Source of the DNA: Utricularia gibba
Taxonomy: Eukaryota > Plantae > Magnoliophyta
Direction: 5' to 3'
Assembly: GCA_002189035.1 (NCBI GenBank)
Contig: NEEC01000002.1
Location: forward strand, 4,216,001-4,280,000
DNA length: 64,000 nucleotides
Numbering within the stretch: position 1 is the stretch's first letter; each line of letters begins with the position of its first letter. Of this stretch, positions 1-13,689 are shown one piece after another. The position numbers and the translations under genes are program-made. The notes below the pieces were generated by a model. It saw only the letters and a program-made list of their open reading frames with translations. It was not told the origin of the DNA and did no database searches.

Positions 1-760
1 CAGCTTGATTTTTAGTGGTGGGAAGAAGAGGTTTTCTTTTATGGTAATCAAGTCTTTCACCATCAACATTTGTGGCAACTTGTCTCAAAAAGTTATGTAA
101 CGCCATGATAGTAAAAACAATCTACACTTGTTTGTTGAAAGGAAAATTATGGGAGACATAGTTTACTATGTGAAAACTATTATTCAGATCCCAAAAGTTT
201 TTTCAATAATATTTCGCAATGATGAATGTCATTAATTAAACAGCTCTTTTGTACTTTGAAATCACGTGAATGTTGAAAATCAGAAATATGATACTTTTGG
301 TTGCAATATGGAGCCATGTATCGTACCGTATTTCGAAATCTTGAGTCCACAATGTAATATTTTTCTAACATAAAAACCAATAATGCAATTGTAGATTACC
401 TATTGAACCCTAAAAGAGATCATTGAAAATTCTAGTAGGGGGGTTTAAAAAACTTAGAACGATCATCTCTTAAACAATCCCTTAATAGTTTACTGTTTTC
501 TAATGGACCTTCGTACCATCTTTGGAGTTTTTTCCTATGCATTTGAATTAATCCCTGATGATGTCATAGTATCTGAGAATATTTCCATCATCAAAACCTT
601 GATTTGCTCTCGGTTTATCACCATCAGTCCTACACCCTGCACATCAACATAATTTTCACCAATTAAATTCATATTGGTATTCGAGTTCACCATTGTGGAT
701 GTCTAGTCAATGATTTCTGTGGATTCTCAAGTAGGTCGATAGATCGGGCTCCATGGTGGA
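1..760 (-). mobile_element. Decayed PIF/Harbinger transposase (DDE_Tnp_4 family) remnant; boundaries approximate
   Basis: ORF 180..380 (-) reads EKYYIVDSRFRNTVRYMAPYCNQKYHISDF, matching the Harbinger motif GKYYLVDxGYxNxxxFLAPYRGxRYHLxEF. Downstream (about 40..130, -) reads IMALHNFLRQ, the typical C-terminal xxLHNFIR motif. Several stops and frameshifts. Confidence 0.75.
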
Positions 761-1954
761 TGCTAAAATGTTGTGATTAAAAATTGGTAATAGGTGACAA
801 TTCGAATTTTAGGACTAAAACGGAATGTTTTGCTGATCCAAGTTGCTGATTTGTAAGATTATGGTTTTGATATTATTGAAAGTAAAAAAGTGAGATTTTT
901 ACATAGAAACCACTAAGGGAAGTAAAGAAAGCTACAAGATTTGCAATGGATGCATAATGCATTTCTTTTGAATTGGGCTCTTATTTATAAGGAACCATGG
1001 CTCAGTGATTTCTAAGAAAAATTGCTACTTTCTATGCCTAATAAGACTGATTGGGTATTGTTTGTGGTTCAGTTGATAGATAGCTGCTTTATGTTCTAAA
1101 CACTTATGGGTTAGTGGGCTTTCACAATGTTTTCCGGTAGCTACAAACTGATAGTATCTCTTTTCTATCTCCTTCATGATTGTAGCAAATTTATTGAGGA
1201 CATCTGGACTGATTTATTGTCCATAGGTTGATATGTTGTTCCTATCTATTTAGCTGGTTTTGGCCCGAACACCGATTTACGTTCAATGGCTAATTTTCTT
1301 GAAGACTCCTTTCAATTTGCTAAACTTTTCAATTTATTATTCATACGGCTCTTCCGATTTTCCTATAAAATTCCATAATTTGGCATCTTCTTTTGTCTTT
1401 TTTCCATCTCCGTCCTGCATATTAATTTTCGACACTGTCATTTAGCCCCTTTTGATGTATTGAGATTAGTATGTGATGTGACCCTCTAATCTAAAGAGAT
1501 TAATAACACACGAATAAGAGGTGATTTTGAAGCTTAAAAAGAAACCCACCCAAGTCTACCCTTAAGAGAATGAATCTCTTGCAACTAGACTTTAAAAGAA
1601 AGAGAATTAGGAGCCACACTTCATAAGGAGAATGAATTAAAAGTAATAATCCTAGGATACCATAAGCTAAAAGCTTGATAAGTCAAGAGTGTTCAATCAC
1701 TTAAAGAAGAGAAAATTGCTCATAAGATACATGAAATGAACTAAAGATTCTTTAAAGAGTATATCTCTAGAATATTTATACTCTAGAATTGGGTTTTAAC
1801 ATTCCAAAGACCAAACTAAATAAAAAAAGAAAGACTAGCAAGTCAAATAACACATATGAAAGATGAAGAGATGTTTTGGGCTCAAAGATAGATTCAGCTT
1901 CAAGTAGTTGAACTCATTTAATGGTAAGACTTCAAGCCCATGGTTGATACCAAT

Positions 1955-3120
1955 TGATAAACGAAAAATTATGCAATGTCGTTAAAATACAAACTTATCC
2001 TATCAAATAAAATTTATAAACCTAATTCACATCAAATCATATGAAAAATATGAGCATAGTGGACTATGGTCGAATACAAGGAGCTAAGTGCTTGCTAGGT
2101 GAAAGTCAATGCATGCAATCAATGTCACGTTGATAGATTTGGTCTTAACTAAAACTAAGGCAGAGTTGCGATAAAATACAGTAAAGAAAAGTAATAAACT
2201 TCTGAACTCGATTGTTCCTGGAATGAAATGAGTGATGATTTGGAATTCCTAGGGGATGTATGTTTATCACTAAATACTTTCACACAAACCATAAATCAAA
2301 CAACTAATAAACAAAGTGTAGGTCTATCCAGACTTTTGTTTTCCCTTTAATCTTTGGTCTACCTCTAATTAGGGATGTTAAGATGTGTTTCATTACTCCC
2401 CCTCCTAGATATATCCTAGTTTGTTAATGAAGTGGTGTGATCTATGGTTAACAAGGTCAAATGATTGATTAGCACATTATAACCCTTTGGCTCCAAGGCA
2501 CCCATCTAAGCACTTAACCACTCATAACAAGGGAAAGGAAAATGTTTTCATAGCATATCCTAAGCAACATTCTGATCTCAAAGTTAAATAACAGTAGATA
2601 GTGCATAACATAAACAAAGAAGGTAAATGGTTCATGCAGTAAAATTAAAAGTAGTCTCAGCTAGAAACAATGTTTATCAAGAACAAAAGAAAATCTTCAA
2701 AGAGAAATTGGTTCTTATGGTTCGTTGTCCCCCTCCATCTTCTCCCAGAAAAATTTCTCCAAAAAGCTGTCATGTGATCCCAATGGGGGAGATATTTTTC
2801 TCTCTCCATCTTGTCCCCCTTTTCATCCAAAATCCTCTTTTTTCTCTTCCTTGGATTTGTGTATACTTCTTTTCAGACTTCTACCTCATCCTCTGCCACT
2901 ACACTATTCATATCCGGTTTTTTGGGATTTGTGTTGTTAACATGTGCTGCATTGCTCAAAGAAAACTATTAGAAGGTTGAGACTTAAATCAACTAAGACT
3001 AAAATGACACAATTACAGTACTATTCGCAAAACATAGAAATAGGCAATAAAGCTTAATTTTTGTAACAAAATATGAGTAATTTCCATGTACTCAATCACT
3101 AAAAAAAATATGTGTTATCG
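1955..3120 (-). mobile_element. Solo LTR (probably Ty3/gypsy), minus orientation
   Basis: Begins TGATAAACG (reverse complement of the 3' end of the LTR at 29415..30653) and ends TGTGTTATCG (reverse complement of its TGATAACAC start, one mismatch). Flanks CCAAT (1950..1954) and CCAAC (3121..3125) form a 4/5 TSD. Confidence 0.75.
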
Positions 3121-3169
3121 CCAACAGTATTAAGTAGATTTTTGAGTGTAGCTTCAACTATCTTGCTCC

Positions 3170-4363
3170 TATTCCTTGTCATTGATCATGATAGAATGAT
3201 CTTATTATCCAAAGTGTTCACTTGCACAACATCCTCATCATCTTCCTGAGGTTCATCAGCATGTGTGCTATATCGGTGGATTGAACAATCTGACTTTCAC
3301 TTTCACCTCGAACCGATTTTGTTTCGCATTTTCAATTTCGTCGATTTGAGAACAACCTTCATTTCGTAGTTAGCGCCCCTGATACCCATCATGATTGATG
3401 GTCGTCCTTTGTTTGGGTTGCCCCTCCTGTTGACTTTGGTGGACTATGTATGTTGTTCCATAAATTCCATTTGCGGTTCAACTTTTCGGCCCTTACTGAC
3501 ACTCTAATGTGGATTGAGAAGATGTGTATCATAGGCTTAACGAATGCACTATTCGAAATGAATCACACACCTTGATACTTTCAGACATGGCTCTAATGTG
3601 CTCTGGCATTCTCAATCATAGCCATAATAAATAGGCGATGGCCCAATTTCCTCTTTTCTCAAGCCGTTGATACTAAGTCCCCTTCTATTAATCATACTCC
3701 TTGGGGTTCCTCACAGATCCCGATTGCTTCTCATCTTGAATCATCTCACACTTCAACCCCCGAACCTTCTATTCTACCCTCAGCTTCCAAGAAAAAGAAG
3801 AGAGTTAAGAGTTGTGCCATCAAACCGACTTCCAAAAAGCAGAAAGATAGTTAAACCTATCTCTACTAGATTCCTCTATATTGAGCATTTAATCGACTAT
3901 TGATTTTGGTTTCCAACTGATGAAATGGCCAGATCACAAGCTCTCCAAGGTACTGCAAGGGCTCATTTGGCCGTTGCAATGTAGGAAGTCATTTGGTCTC
4001 CCTCTCTCCTCTTCTTTTTTCCAATGCAAGTATGGTTTTTGACACATGTACTATTCTTGTCTCTGATTTGTAGTCTACTATGGTGAAAGTTGTACTCATC
4101 ATCTCTCCCCTTGTGTTGCATGTCCTGCTAATTAATTACTGCATGAAATTCCTAGTCTACCCCTAGTTCTAAGACTTTACTACTAGACTTGAAGTCGTTA
4201 GTATATATGATAGACTAAATTAAAGAATTTAATCCACATTCACACAAAATTATAATTATCCCAAAACTTTAGCAAATACTTAAAAGAATATGATAAACAC
4301 TTAAATCATAATTAAAAATTATAATTTTTATATCCTAAAAATATTAAAATTTGTGTGTTATCG
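3170..4363 (-). mobile_element. Degenerate Ty3/gypsy (Athila-like) gag-region remnant with an adjacent LTR-like end
   Basis: Purine-rich minus strand with broken coding-like stretches. Ends in TGTGTGTTATCG, similar to the LTR terminus family seen elsewhere in the window. No intact ORF. Confidence 0.4.
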
Positions 4364-5444
4364 CATTTCAAATATTTTTTTAAAAAATTAAAGATGTTAT
4401 CATCATAGTCTTTTATTTGCAATGTTTGCAACTCGAAGACCTTTAAAAAAAAGAATTAAAGGTGCATCATAATAGCATGTTTGAAGTGTTTACATTTCTA
4501 ATATTTTTTTAAAAAAGGAATTAAAGATACAAATATCATAATATTGTATATATATCATTTGCATGTTAAATATACAATTCTCGTCAACTCATGATATAAG
4601 TTCATATGTCCAACTTGTTGACTCGTGACTCTGAAAAATTTTAGTTTTGGTCAAAACTTATCGTTTTGGTCTTGTGACTAAGCGAGTGCAAATTGATGCA
4701 ATAGGGCTAATTTAAATGTTCAAGTGCACACAGGGAACCAACTCATAGTTCATTTCTGGGGATTGGGCCTTGGCAATGCCCCTTTGGATTTTTTAATGGG
4801 CCTCTCTAGCGATTTTCTATTGAGCTTAAAGAAGGCATATAGCAGGTGCCAAGGTCCAATAGTATGTTGGTCTTATGCGCAGTGGGAGACAAACATTGTT
4901 ATGAATGAAATCCTTGTTATAGGTAATATTCCGTACAAGATTTCCAAGTAATTAACAATCATATTATATATAGTTATCAGCTTTAGGCAAATTAGGACTA
5001 GAATCTTGTAAATATATGTTTTGGCTTCTAAAAAATCATAAAATATCTTGAAAATCGCATTCGTTTCCATTTTAGTTTTAAAATTTACAATACAATTTTA
5101 AGTATAAAGTATTTTGAAATTAAAAAATAAGTTGTGACCATGAACGATTTGGGGTTGCTGGTGGGAATTGTGGAAGTTGGAGGAGCATTTGGCAATAAAC
5201 GCAAACTTTTATTTTGTTGTCGTGCTTCTCCCCCCTATGCTTCCCTCCACATCCAGTGGTATAAGAACCAAAATTCCCTCCTTTCCCTCGTTCGCTGCTC
5301 AACGCCCAGGTCCCCAAAGCGCCGCGCTCTGAATTCATCAGATCTCCAAATCCTCGTATCTCATCCCACTTTGAATTCATCCCCCCATTTCATCATCTAT
5401 GTCGGATTCTCCTTTCTGATAATTCTAGGCCGTTAAGATCCATA

Positions 5445-8301
5445 ATGGCGGCAAAGCCGATGCGCGAGGCGGCGGCGACCCCTCCGGCTGCAGCTTCCAA
5501 AGGCAGCATCCCACGCCAGCAGCACACGCCGCCCGCTGGGATTAGGCGCCACCTTCCTTTTGCCTCGATGAGAGCGCCCTTTCCAAACGCCGATGACTAC
5601 CACAAGTTTCCTACTCCTCTGGGCGCCGCCTCCTTATCTGGCACCGGGGATCAGCTTGCGGACTCTATCGTCGTCAAGTCTCCTGTGAGTTATGAGTTTC
5701 ATTCCTCAACTTTTTTTTCAGCTATTGCCGTATTTACTTATGGGTTTGGTATCTTGATAGATGTTTATGATGATTTCACAATTGTGTTAGTCTCTGATCG
5801 TATGGAAACATTAACCGGCTATTCTTCATTCGGGTTTTGAGGTTCTTCTATAGACTTCTAGAGCGTGATTACTTCCCAGTTGTGTCAGTCGTTGAGATTT
5901 ATCATTGACGTCTGCCCATTCGCTGGCATTTCCCAAATGATGTCTCTAAGGTTCTGAAACGGAAGGCCAGGAATGGAAATATTGCAGTTGATTCTAGTGT
6001 CTGTACAAGTCCAGGACACAGTGATATGTCCAACTGTACACTGCGGACCCCCGTGTCTTGTAAAGGAGGAAGAGTGAAGACGACCATCAACAATAAGTAT
6101 GCACCGTCATCGTTGACACCAGGTTCCGATCGTATATTCTTTGCATGGGCTTATGGTATTACGTGCCAGTTTAAACATTAATATCACTATTTCAGTGGAG
6201 GAAGATTGTGCATGTTTTCTAAACTAGTTAATGTAAAATTTCTTGGAGCTCAATCTGTTGTTTCTCAACATTCTGCAGATGCTGCATCCCCTCAAACACC
6301 TGCTAGTGGCTGCCGCTATGATAGCTCTCTGAGTAATACCTTGCATTGCCATCTTGTGTAGCAAATTCAATGCTGTTCTATGCTGAGAGTTTTCATCTCT
6401 TTTCAGGTCTTTTAACTACAAAATTCATCTCCTTAGTAAAGCAGGCAGAGGATGGTGAGCTCGATCTAAATGTAGCCGCTGACACTTTGCAGGTGATTGA
6501 TTTAATTTTTTGGTGTTTTTTTTTGTCCCTCTGAGAAAACATTAACTATACCAATCCTGTGTTGCAGGTGCAGAAGAGGAGGATATATGACATAACAAAT
6601 GTCCTTGAGGGAATTGGTCTTATTGAAAAAACGCTGAAGAACAAAATTCAATGGAAGTAAGTCTTCATTGCCTGTGGCACTGCCTACGATAATGCATTTT
6701 ACAGTATATCATCAGTGTGTGTAGTGCATGCTAGAGATTAATGGAACTTTGTGGTTACTTTTTCAGAGGACTTGATCCATCTAGACCCGCAGGAGTGAAA
6801 ACTGATATCAATCGGTTGCAGGTATTCTGGAAATAAGTGTTTGTAACTTAAATTTTGGACTCACGAGTTTGTTACTGTTATTGTTGTTGTTCACTAGAAT
6901 TGTCTTCTGCTCTTAAGTTGAGTTAGTATGGTTGCTTTCTTATTCTTTTATCGGGCAGGTAGAATTTCAGAACCTTTCTATTGAAGAAAGAAGTCTGGAT
7001 GAGCGGATAAGGTCTATAGAGTAGTGAAATTCTTCCAACTCAACCCAGCTTTCCCTGGCATCCCTTGATGTTCATAAAACTGCAGGAACATGCAGGACAA
7101 GTTGCGAATCTTAAGTGAAGATGAGAAAAACCAGCAGTACGTTCTATTTTCTCACTTTTCATGCTACGGAATGCATAAGGTTAAGGAGTATTATATTTCA
7201 ATGTGGTTATTGACTCGGCCTGGTTCTTCTAGATGGCTTTTTGCAAATGAAGATGACATAAAGAGTCTTCCCTGCTTCCAGGTTCGCTTACTGATAATTT
7301 TTGGTATTCAGATGTGCTGTTCTTTGGGGATAGGATCTTGAATTCTTGATCACTGAATCTAACAGAACCAGACTCTTATAGCAATAAAAGCACCACATGG
7401 AACGACCCTGGAGGTTCCGGATCCTGATGAGGTAGATCTTGGTTGATCTATATTGTATGGTCACAGACTATATGCATTTCCAGATCATGCAATTAATTCT
7501 AGTTTTTCGTATTTTAGAGTGCAGATTACCAACATAGAAGATACCAAATTATACTTCGAAGTACTATGGGTCCCATTGATCTGTATCTTGTCAGGTCTTC
7601 CGTCATGCTCTTGTATTTCCTTCACTCCTTGTGTCAAACACTGCTCACCATGTACTTGGAAAATCCCAATTCAGTGAATTCAAGAAGGTTGAAGATACGG
7701 ATAAATTTTACCAACCGGCAGACCTTCCCCTTCCCTCATGTTCTACATCGAATGCGGTTTCTGTAGTGCCTCCTCAGGTGCAATCACCAACATGGAAAGA
7801 CCCACAACACAATACATTGGATTCGCCTCAAGAATGTGCTGGTGGCATGACACGGATCATCCCATCGAATCTTGATGTGAGCAGCCATTTCCTCTTCATT
7901 TTTGAAGAACTTAACGATATTGCTGCAGTGTTTTCATCAGAAAATGTGTAACTCAAAACTCACAAAATGGCTTCTCTTGTCATGCCCAGAACGACACAGA
8001 CTACTGGTTTTCATCAGATGCTGATTTCAGCACAACCGACCTGTGGAACATGGATGGTAACTCACTGTTCATGCACCTTCTGTTTCGGGCTTATTCCGTA
8101 ACGGTTTCTTTCGTTGGAGATTTTGTTATATTGTATGCGGAGTCTAAGTTGTGAGTGGAATTTGGGACTCGTAATACTGCAGATGGCGGTGTTCCACTTT
8201 GGAATAACGCAGACCTCCTCCATGGCCTGGAAGAAATGCAGCACGTTCAGCCTTCCAGCGTCGAGGATCCGCCTGCCGCCGCCGATGTTCCGAGCAGATG
8301 A
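5445..8301 (+). CDS. E2FA: E2F transcription factor, E2FA-like, multi-exon
   Basis: Manually spliced with GT-AG introns. Exon 1 5445..5684 carries [23 protein letters not shown]-binding domain [57 protein letters not shown], marked box [34 protein letters not shown]-binding-like [16 protein letters not shown]. Stop TGA 8299..8301. Confidence 0.93.
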
Positions 8302-9263
8302 GGTGACGGAACCTCCCTTCCTTTTCAGTAATCAGCAGGCAGCTTAATGCTTCCTCTCCTGGGGCGGGGTTACTGCACTCTACACTATCCAGCCGATCAA
8401 CTCGGGATAGGATATTCAAGCAAAGGATTACTAGTCTTGAACCAATAAACACCCCTGATTCTTATAATTCAATGCTACTACTCATAATCACACTTCTTGA
8501 GTTAGTGTTTTAGATATTCAAGTGTTGAATTATTTTGGTACATTGCTAATTTTCTGTTTTTTAAATTCTTTAAAAAAGGGCGGGTTTATTTATTCCATCC
8601 GGATAAGCCCTTGAAAATATCCCTACCGAACAAAGGGAATTGCAATTCCAAGATATTTTAGTTATTTCTATTTTCTTATCTAGTGGATATTCCGAGTGAT
8701 ATTATCCCTACAAATAGAATAAGATGCGGCCTAATTTCTACTTTGGCCCCAAGAATCAGCGGGAATTATGAAACTGCCCGTATAATCAAATCAATTATCA
8801 TTACTTCCATGCCACTTCTCTCGCTTCTGCAGTTGTACGCTTTCTCATTCCTTCGTCTTGTCCATCACGGACGAAGTCACATCTTGCGGTTATCGGGCTA
8901 CCTCCACTGAGATCTCACGGGAGGTATATGTGTCTTCCTCCTCCATGTTCTTCCATATTCACGCATGTCGGAAAGGGGAAATGATTATGCGAATGCGGTG
9001 TCGAGTTCTTCCATCGTCATTTGCTTCTTTTTGTGATGATTGTGGCGTCGCGTAAGTTTCATTCTATGTGAATATCCTCATCGGATGATTGTGTAGCGTG
9101 AGTCTTAGCTAATCCGTCTTTAATTGGTGAGATTCGAGCCTGTTTCGGCGTTTGGATGGAATTTTTGTCATCTTTGCTAAAAATTAGGAGACGCGTCTTT
9201 TGTTTTGACCGTTTTCATGTACGTATCTTGTGAGCAGAGTGTCCTTACCTAGAGAAAAAAACT

Positions 9264-11194
9264 ATGGACCGTCTTTCTGGAAATGCCCGCCTCATGGTTG
9301 TTTCAGATCTTGATCATACTATGGTGAGTTTTCCTCATCTACGTTTTACGGGTATTGTGCCTAATCAGTTGTATGATGTGCAGGTTGATCATCATGACCA
9401 TGAAAATCTCTCCCTCCTCAGGTTTAATGCGTTGTGGGAAGCGAATTACCGAACTAGTTCCTTGTTAGTTTTCTCCACTGGAAGGTCACCTACATTGTAC
9501 AAGGAACTAAGGAAAGAGAAGCCCATGTTAACCCCTGACATTACAATAATGTCTGTGGGGACTGAAATAACATATGGTAACTCCATGGTGCCAGATGATG
9601 GCTGGGTTCAATTTTTGAATAAAAAATGGGACAGAAACATTGTAGCTGAAGAGACAAGCAAGTTTCCTGAACTTAAGCTACAGGTAAGGTCATACGAAGG
9701 CATGATGAGTGGGAGTCCCGATTTAAGGACCATTTTCTTGTCTCCAACTTACATTGTCTGGCTTTTTACATTCTTTCGTTACCACCTTCTGGGTTGATGC
9801 AGTCTGAAACAGAGCAACGGCCACACAAAGTGAGTTTTTATGTTCCGAAAGACAAGGCCCAAGACATCATGAATTCTCTTTCAATTTGTCTTAAAGAACG
9901 TGGGTACGATTATATTGCATTTTCTACTTTATAGTTTTTGAATTTTTGAATTTTAACTAGATGGGCCTATGGCTGGTTCATTTTCCTCTTTGATGTTTCA
10001 GTTGGATGCAAAAATTATATATAGTGGAGGAATGGATTTGGATATTTTACCTCAAGGTGCTGGTAAAGGTCAAGCACTTGCTTATTTGCATAAGAAGTTC
10101 ATCAGTGCTGGCAAGCTACCAGAAAACACACTAGTTTGTGGTGACTCCGGGAACGATGCTGAACTATTCAGCATACCAGGGGTGCATGGGGTCATGGTGA
10201 GTTACCTAGTTTCTACCTACTTTGGGGGCACCTTGTTCAGGTTCACGAAAAATTTGAAATGTCTCTTGATTTATTTTTGGATATTAAGGTGAGTAATGCC
10301 CAAGAAGAACTACTGCAGTGGCATGCTGAAAATGCTAAGGATAATGACAAGATAATTCATGCGTCAGAGAGATGTGCATCTGGCATTATTCAAGCTATTG
10401 GTCACTTTAACCTTGGGCCAGGTACTTCACCTAGAGATGTGGGGAAATTTTTGGAAACCAAGTTGGACAGCTTCGATGCATCTATTGAAGTTGTGAAGTT
10501 TTACTTATTCTATGAGCGATGGAGACGTGCTGAGATTGAAAATACAGAGGTTTACTTGGCGAGCCTCAAAGCAGTATGTGTATTTTATGAATCTCTTAGC
10601 TTCAGGTTACCTGGATAATCTATGAAGCAGTGTTATTTTCTTGAATTGATATGTTTATGAGCATTATTAGTTACGACCTTCAACTTGTCATCTTTCCAGT
10701 CTCCTTCTGGAGTATTGATACACCCCTCTGGAACTGAGAAGCGACTCCATGACTGCGTGAGCTCTCTGAAATCCTGCTACGGGGACAAACAGGGGAAAAA
10801 CTTCAGGGTTTGGGTTGACCAAGTTTTTCCAGAGCAAGTTGGGTCAGATTTGTGGCGCGTTGTATTCAAGAAATGTGAGCAGTCAGGTCAGCCTTCTTTA
10901 TGCACAGCAATATTCCTTTATTTTTTTTATTTATTCTGTAATGTCTCTCTGAAATCTCAATGCTTTATGAAGGTGAAGAGAGACAATGCTGCATAACCAC
11001 AGCTTTGCTAAGTTCAGAAGTGAGTCTTATTCCTTATTCCTTACATACTTTGCTCTCTTTTTAGCTGGGCCCTTGTGATTTTTAATTTACCACAGGATGT
11101 GGTGGCTCAAAAGGGATTCACTTGGCTCCATGTTCACCAGACATGGCTCGATGGAGCAGCCCCAAATCCTCAGGCAGCCTCCTGGTTACTCTAA
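9264..11194 (+). CDS. SPP: Sucrose-phosphatase (sucrose-6F-phosphate phosphohydrolase, HAD family), 8 coding exons; one apparent -1 deletion at a splice donor
   Basis: HAD motifs [30 protein letters not shown] and C-terminal [10 protein letters not shown]. Stop TAA 11192..11194. Confidence 0.93.
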
Positions 11195-11329
11195 TCTCTT
11201 CCGTGTTTTTTGACATGCCTACTCTCTAAATAAAGTTACATGATATATACTGTCAATAATTTATTGAAGGCTTACAAATGTTTTGCATGTGTACATAAAT
11301 ACTCCAACCACTCCACAGATGACTTCTCC

Positions 11330-12294
11330 TTACCATAATAAGGGCAATATTTTCACACTGAAGAACACTTGATGTAAGAAATAAGTTAGATGCTTTGGAT
11401 AGTATTCTTCAAACTTCAACAGTGAAGTGTAGGGGTGTATACCAGCGAATATCTTCCCAGGCTCCACCCCTGTTTCTTGTTCATTCTTGTCATGGACACA
11501 GGGAGGAGTCACCACCTCCTCGTTTCCCGCGGACTTCACCAGAGGCCCTCTCTTTTTTCTGACGCAGTCTTCAGGTTTCAACCACTTCATTGGACCAAAA
11601 CCATCTTTATTGGCATTCACCTGAGAAGCTGTAGAGATATCATTGCTTTCCTGAGAGTCAACAGATTTGCGGGAGATCCTTTGGTCCTTCCAAGCTTGGA
11701 GATCTGGCACGTGTGGTCGGTATCTAGAGAAGGAAAATGCATTGAAAGTTGTGGAAATCTCCTGATGGTCGGCCAGATGAAGAAAAGGGTTACCTTCCTG
11801 AGTTCAACTTTTGGTGGAGGCTGTCTGTAGAAACTTGGCATTGGAGTGGCCTTAAACGTCATCCTCTTCCTCAGTTTCTTAATCTCTGCATCTTGATTCT
11901 CCTGCTTAGAAAGACGAGGAGGGAGTGAGTGTCATATCAAAGGCAGTGGAGTGGTCTCCGGGCATGGACCTTGGATTTCGCCTGTAAGTTGGTCCTTTCA
12001 GCTTCCCTGGCTTGCGTTTTCTCTTCCAACATTGTGAAGAACTGAGAGGTGGTAAGGCACGCCATATTAGTCAGGCAGGCAGGCCAATGCAGGTAGGTCT
12101 AATGATGCCTTGCTTACCTGTTTTCGCTTCTCAGCTCGCTCTTCCAGCCTGAATGAGAAGGCTATGACCTTGCTCTTGTGCATTTTTCCGGTGGCCCTTT
12201 TGTTGTGACGTGGAGGATGGGGTGCGCACCAGCCCCGGACTGCCGCGTCCTCCGAGTTCTCCAAGACCACTCGCTTTTCGTCCTCAAACTCCAT
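11330..12294 (-). CDS. WVD2/WDL-family microtubule-associated protein with TPX2 domain (short form); C-terminal extent uncertain because of apparent frameshifts
   Basis: Spliced reading [14 protein letters not shown]|[24 protein letters not shown]|[36 protein letters not shown]|IPTTRARSP matches the TPX2/KLEEK domain. Likely start MEFEDEK at 12294. Confidence 0.82.
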
Positions 12295-13689
12295 CTCCCA
12301 GAGGCACCACAATAGGCTTTTCCGAGCCACAGGGTTGGTTATATGTATGCAGGCAGGCAGGGAATCAAAGCGGCGCTTTCAGTGGAGAAGCGATGGCTCC
12401 ACAGTACCCACAACAACGACGGAAATTTACTACTACACAACGCAAATAGCGCAAGTGGTGGCTCTCTACAGCGTCGCCTTCCTTCATGGAGACAACCCGA
12501 CCCCTCTCCGGCTCTCTAATCTGATTGATTTTCTTTTCGGAAGCACCACCCTCCCTCCCTACCCACAACTTGATAATCATCGAATTTCTCTCTATGTTGT
12601 CTCCTCTAAAAACAAAAGGGTAACTGGTGTTTGGCTCAACTCTGTGTTTATCATGATTTGTTTCCCAGTTACCAACCTAATGGAGGCCAGCCAGCCAGCC
12701 ACCCGCCATGCCATGCCACCACAGCTTCTTATTACTCGTCAGTGGTTCAAGTGTGATTAGCACTTGCACTAGTCTTAACTTTTACTTTAAACAAACGAAT
12801 CTAGTTGCTGATTGGTGGTGCTGGTCCACTCTGTTGGTTTTTCATCATTGTCTCCGCAATAATGATCTCCCCTCTCTCTATACTCTTTCATCATTTAAAT
12901 CCCCCAGCCAGCCCAGCCCAGCCCCGTTCCAGAACACAATTTCTTTTACCTCTTTTCCTTGGAGAGTAAACCGCAACCGCAGAATCCACTTCCGATTACC
13001 TCATTAGATAACCAAACCATTCTCTATAATCGAGATGGGTAGGCTTGATATCATTTTTTGTACGCCATTCACACTCCCAAGCTGCTTGCTTTTGCAAGCA
13101 AAGGCATCTTCTATCTCTTCATTATGAAGCTGTTGCCACTGCGGAGGGTCCTGTCCAACATGCTCAATCACCAACACCTAAATCTTCCTCTTCAATTGAT
13201 CAATCTCTTCTGTCGTAATCGCGTCTCCTTCCGCTCCAACCAGCCGTTGATGCGCGTCAAGTTGCGATGAGGCCACTATCACTTATCAGGGCAAGCGCCG
13301 TAACCTGCCCTGCATCCAATCCAAGGATGATCGGATGAATCCGACAAACCATAACTGCATCTCGTGTAGAAGACTCTTCCAAAGCTCCACTGCCTGTCCC
13401 CCAACTCCATCTTCCTCCAGCCGTCTTCATGGTGCGCTTATGCGGAGCGACCGGGGAGAGTCGTTTCTTGCACTTTATCCTCCGAGTTAGTGAGCAACTC
13501 ATGTGTCCAGAGAGAGACCACTTCCAGGTTTGTGGCTAGGGCAAATTCAACCCACATGGTGTCTGGAGAAAACATGAGGCTCAAGAATAATATAACAAGT
13601 GGATAAAAATGGTTTATTCTTATTTGATCGCAATGCAAATAATTATGATAAAAACCTATATCTATCATGATCTATCATGGCGGTTGAGC

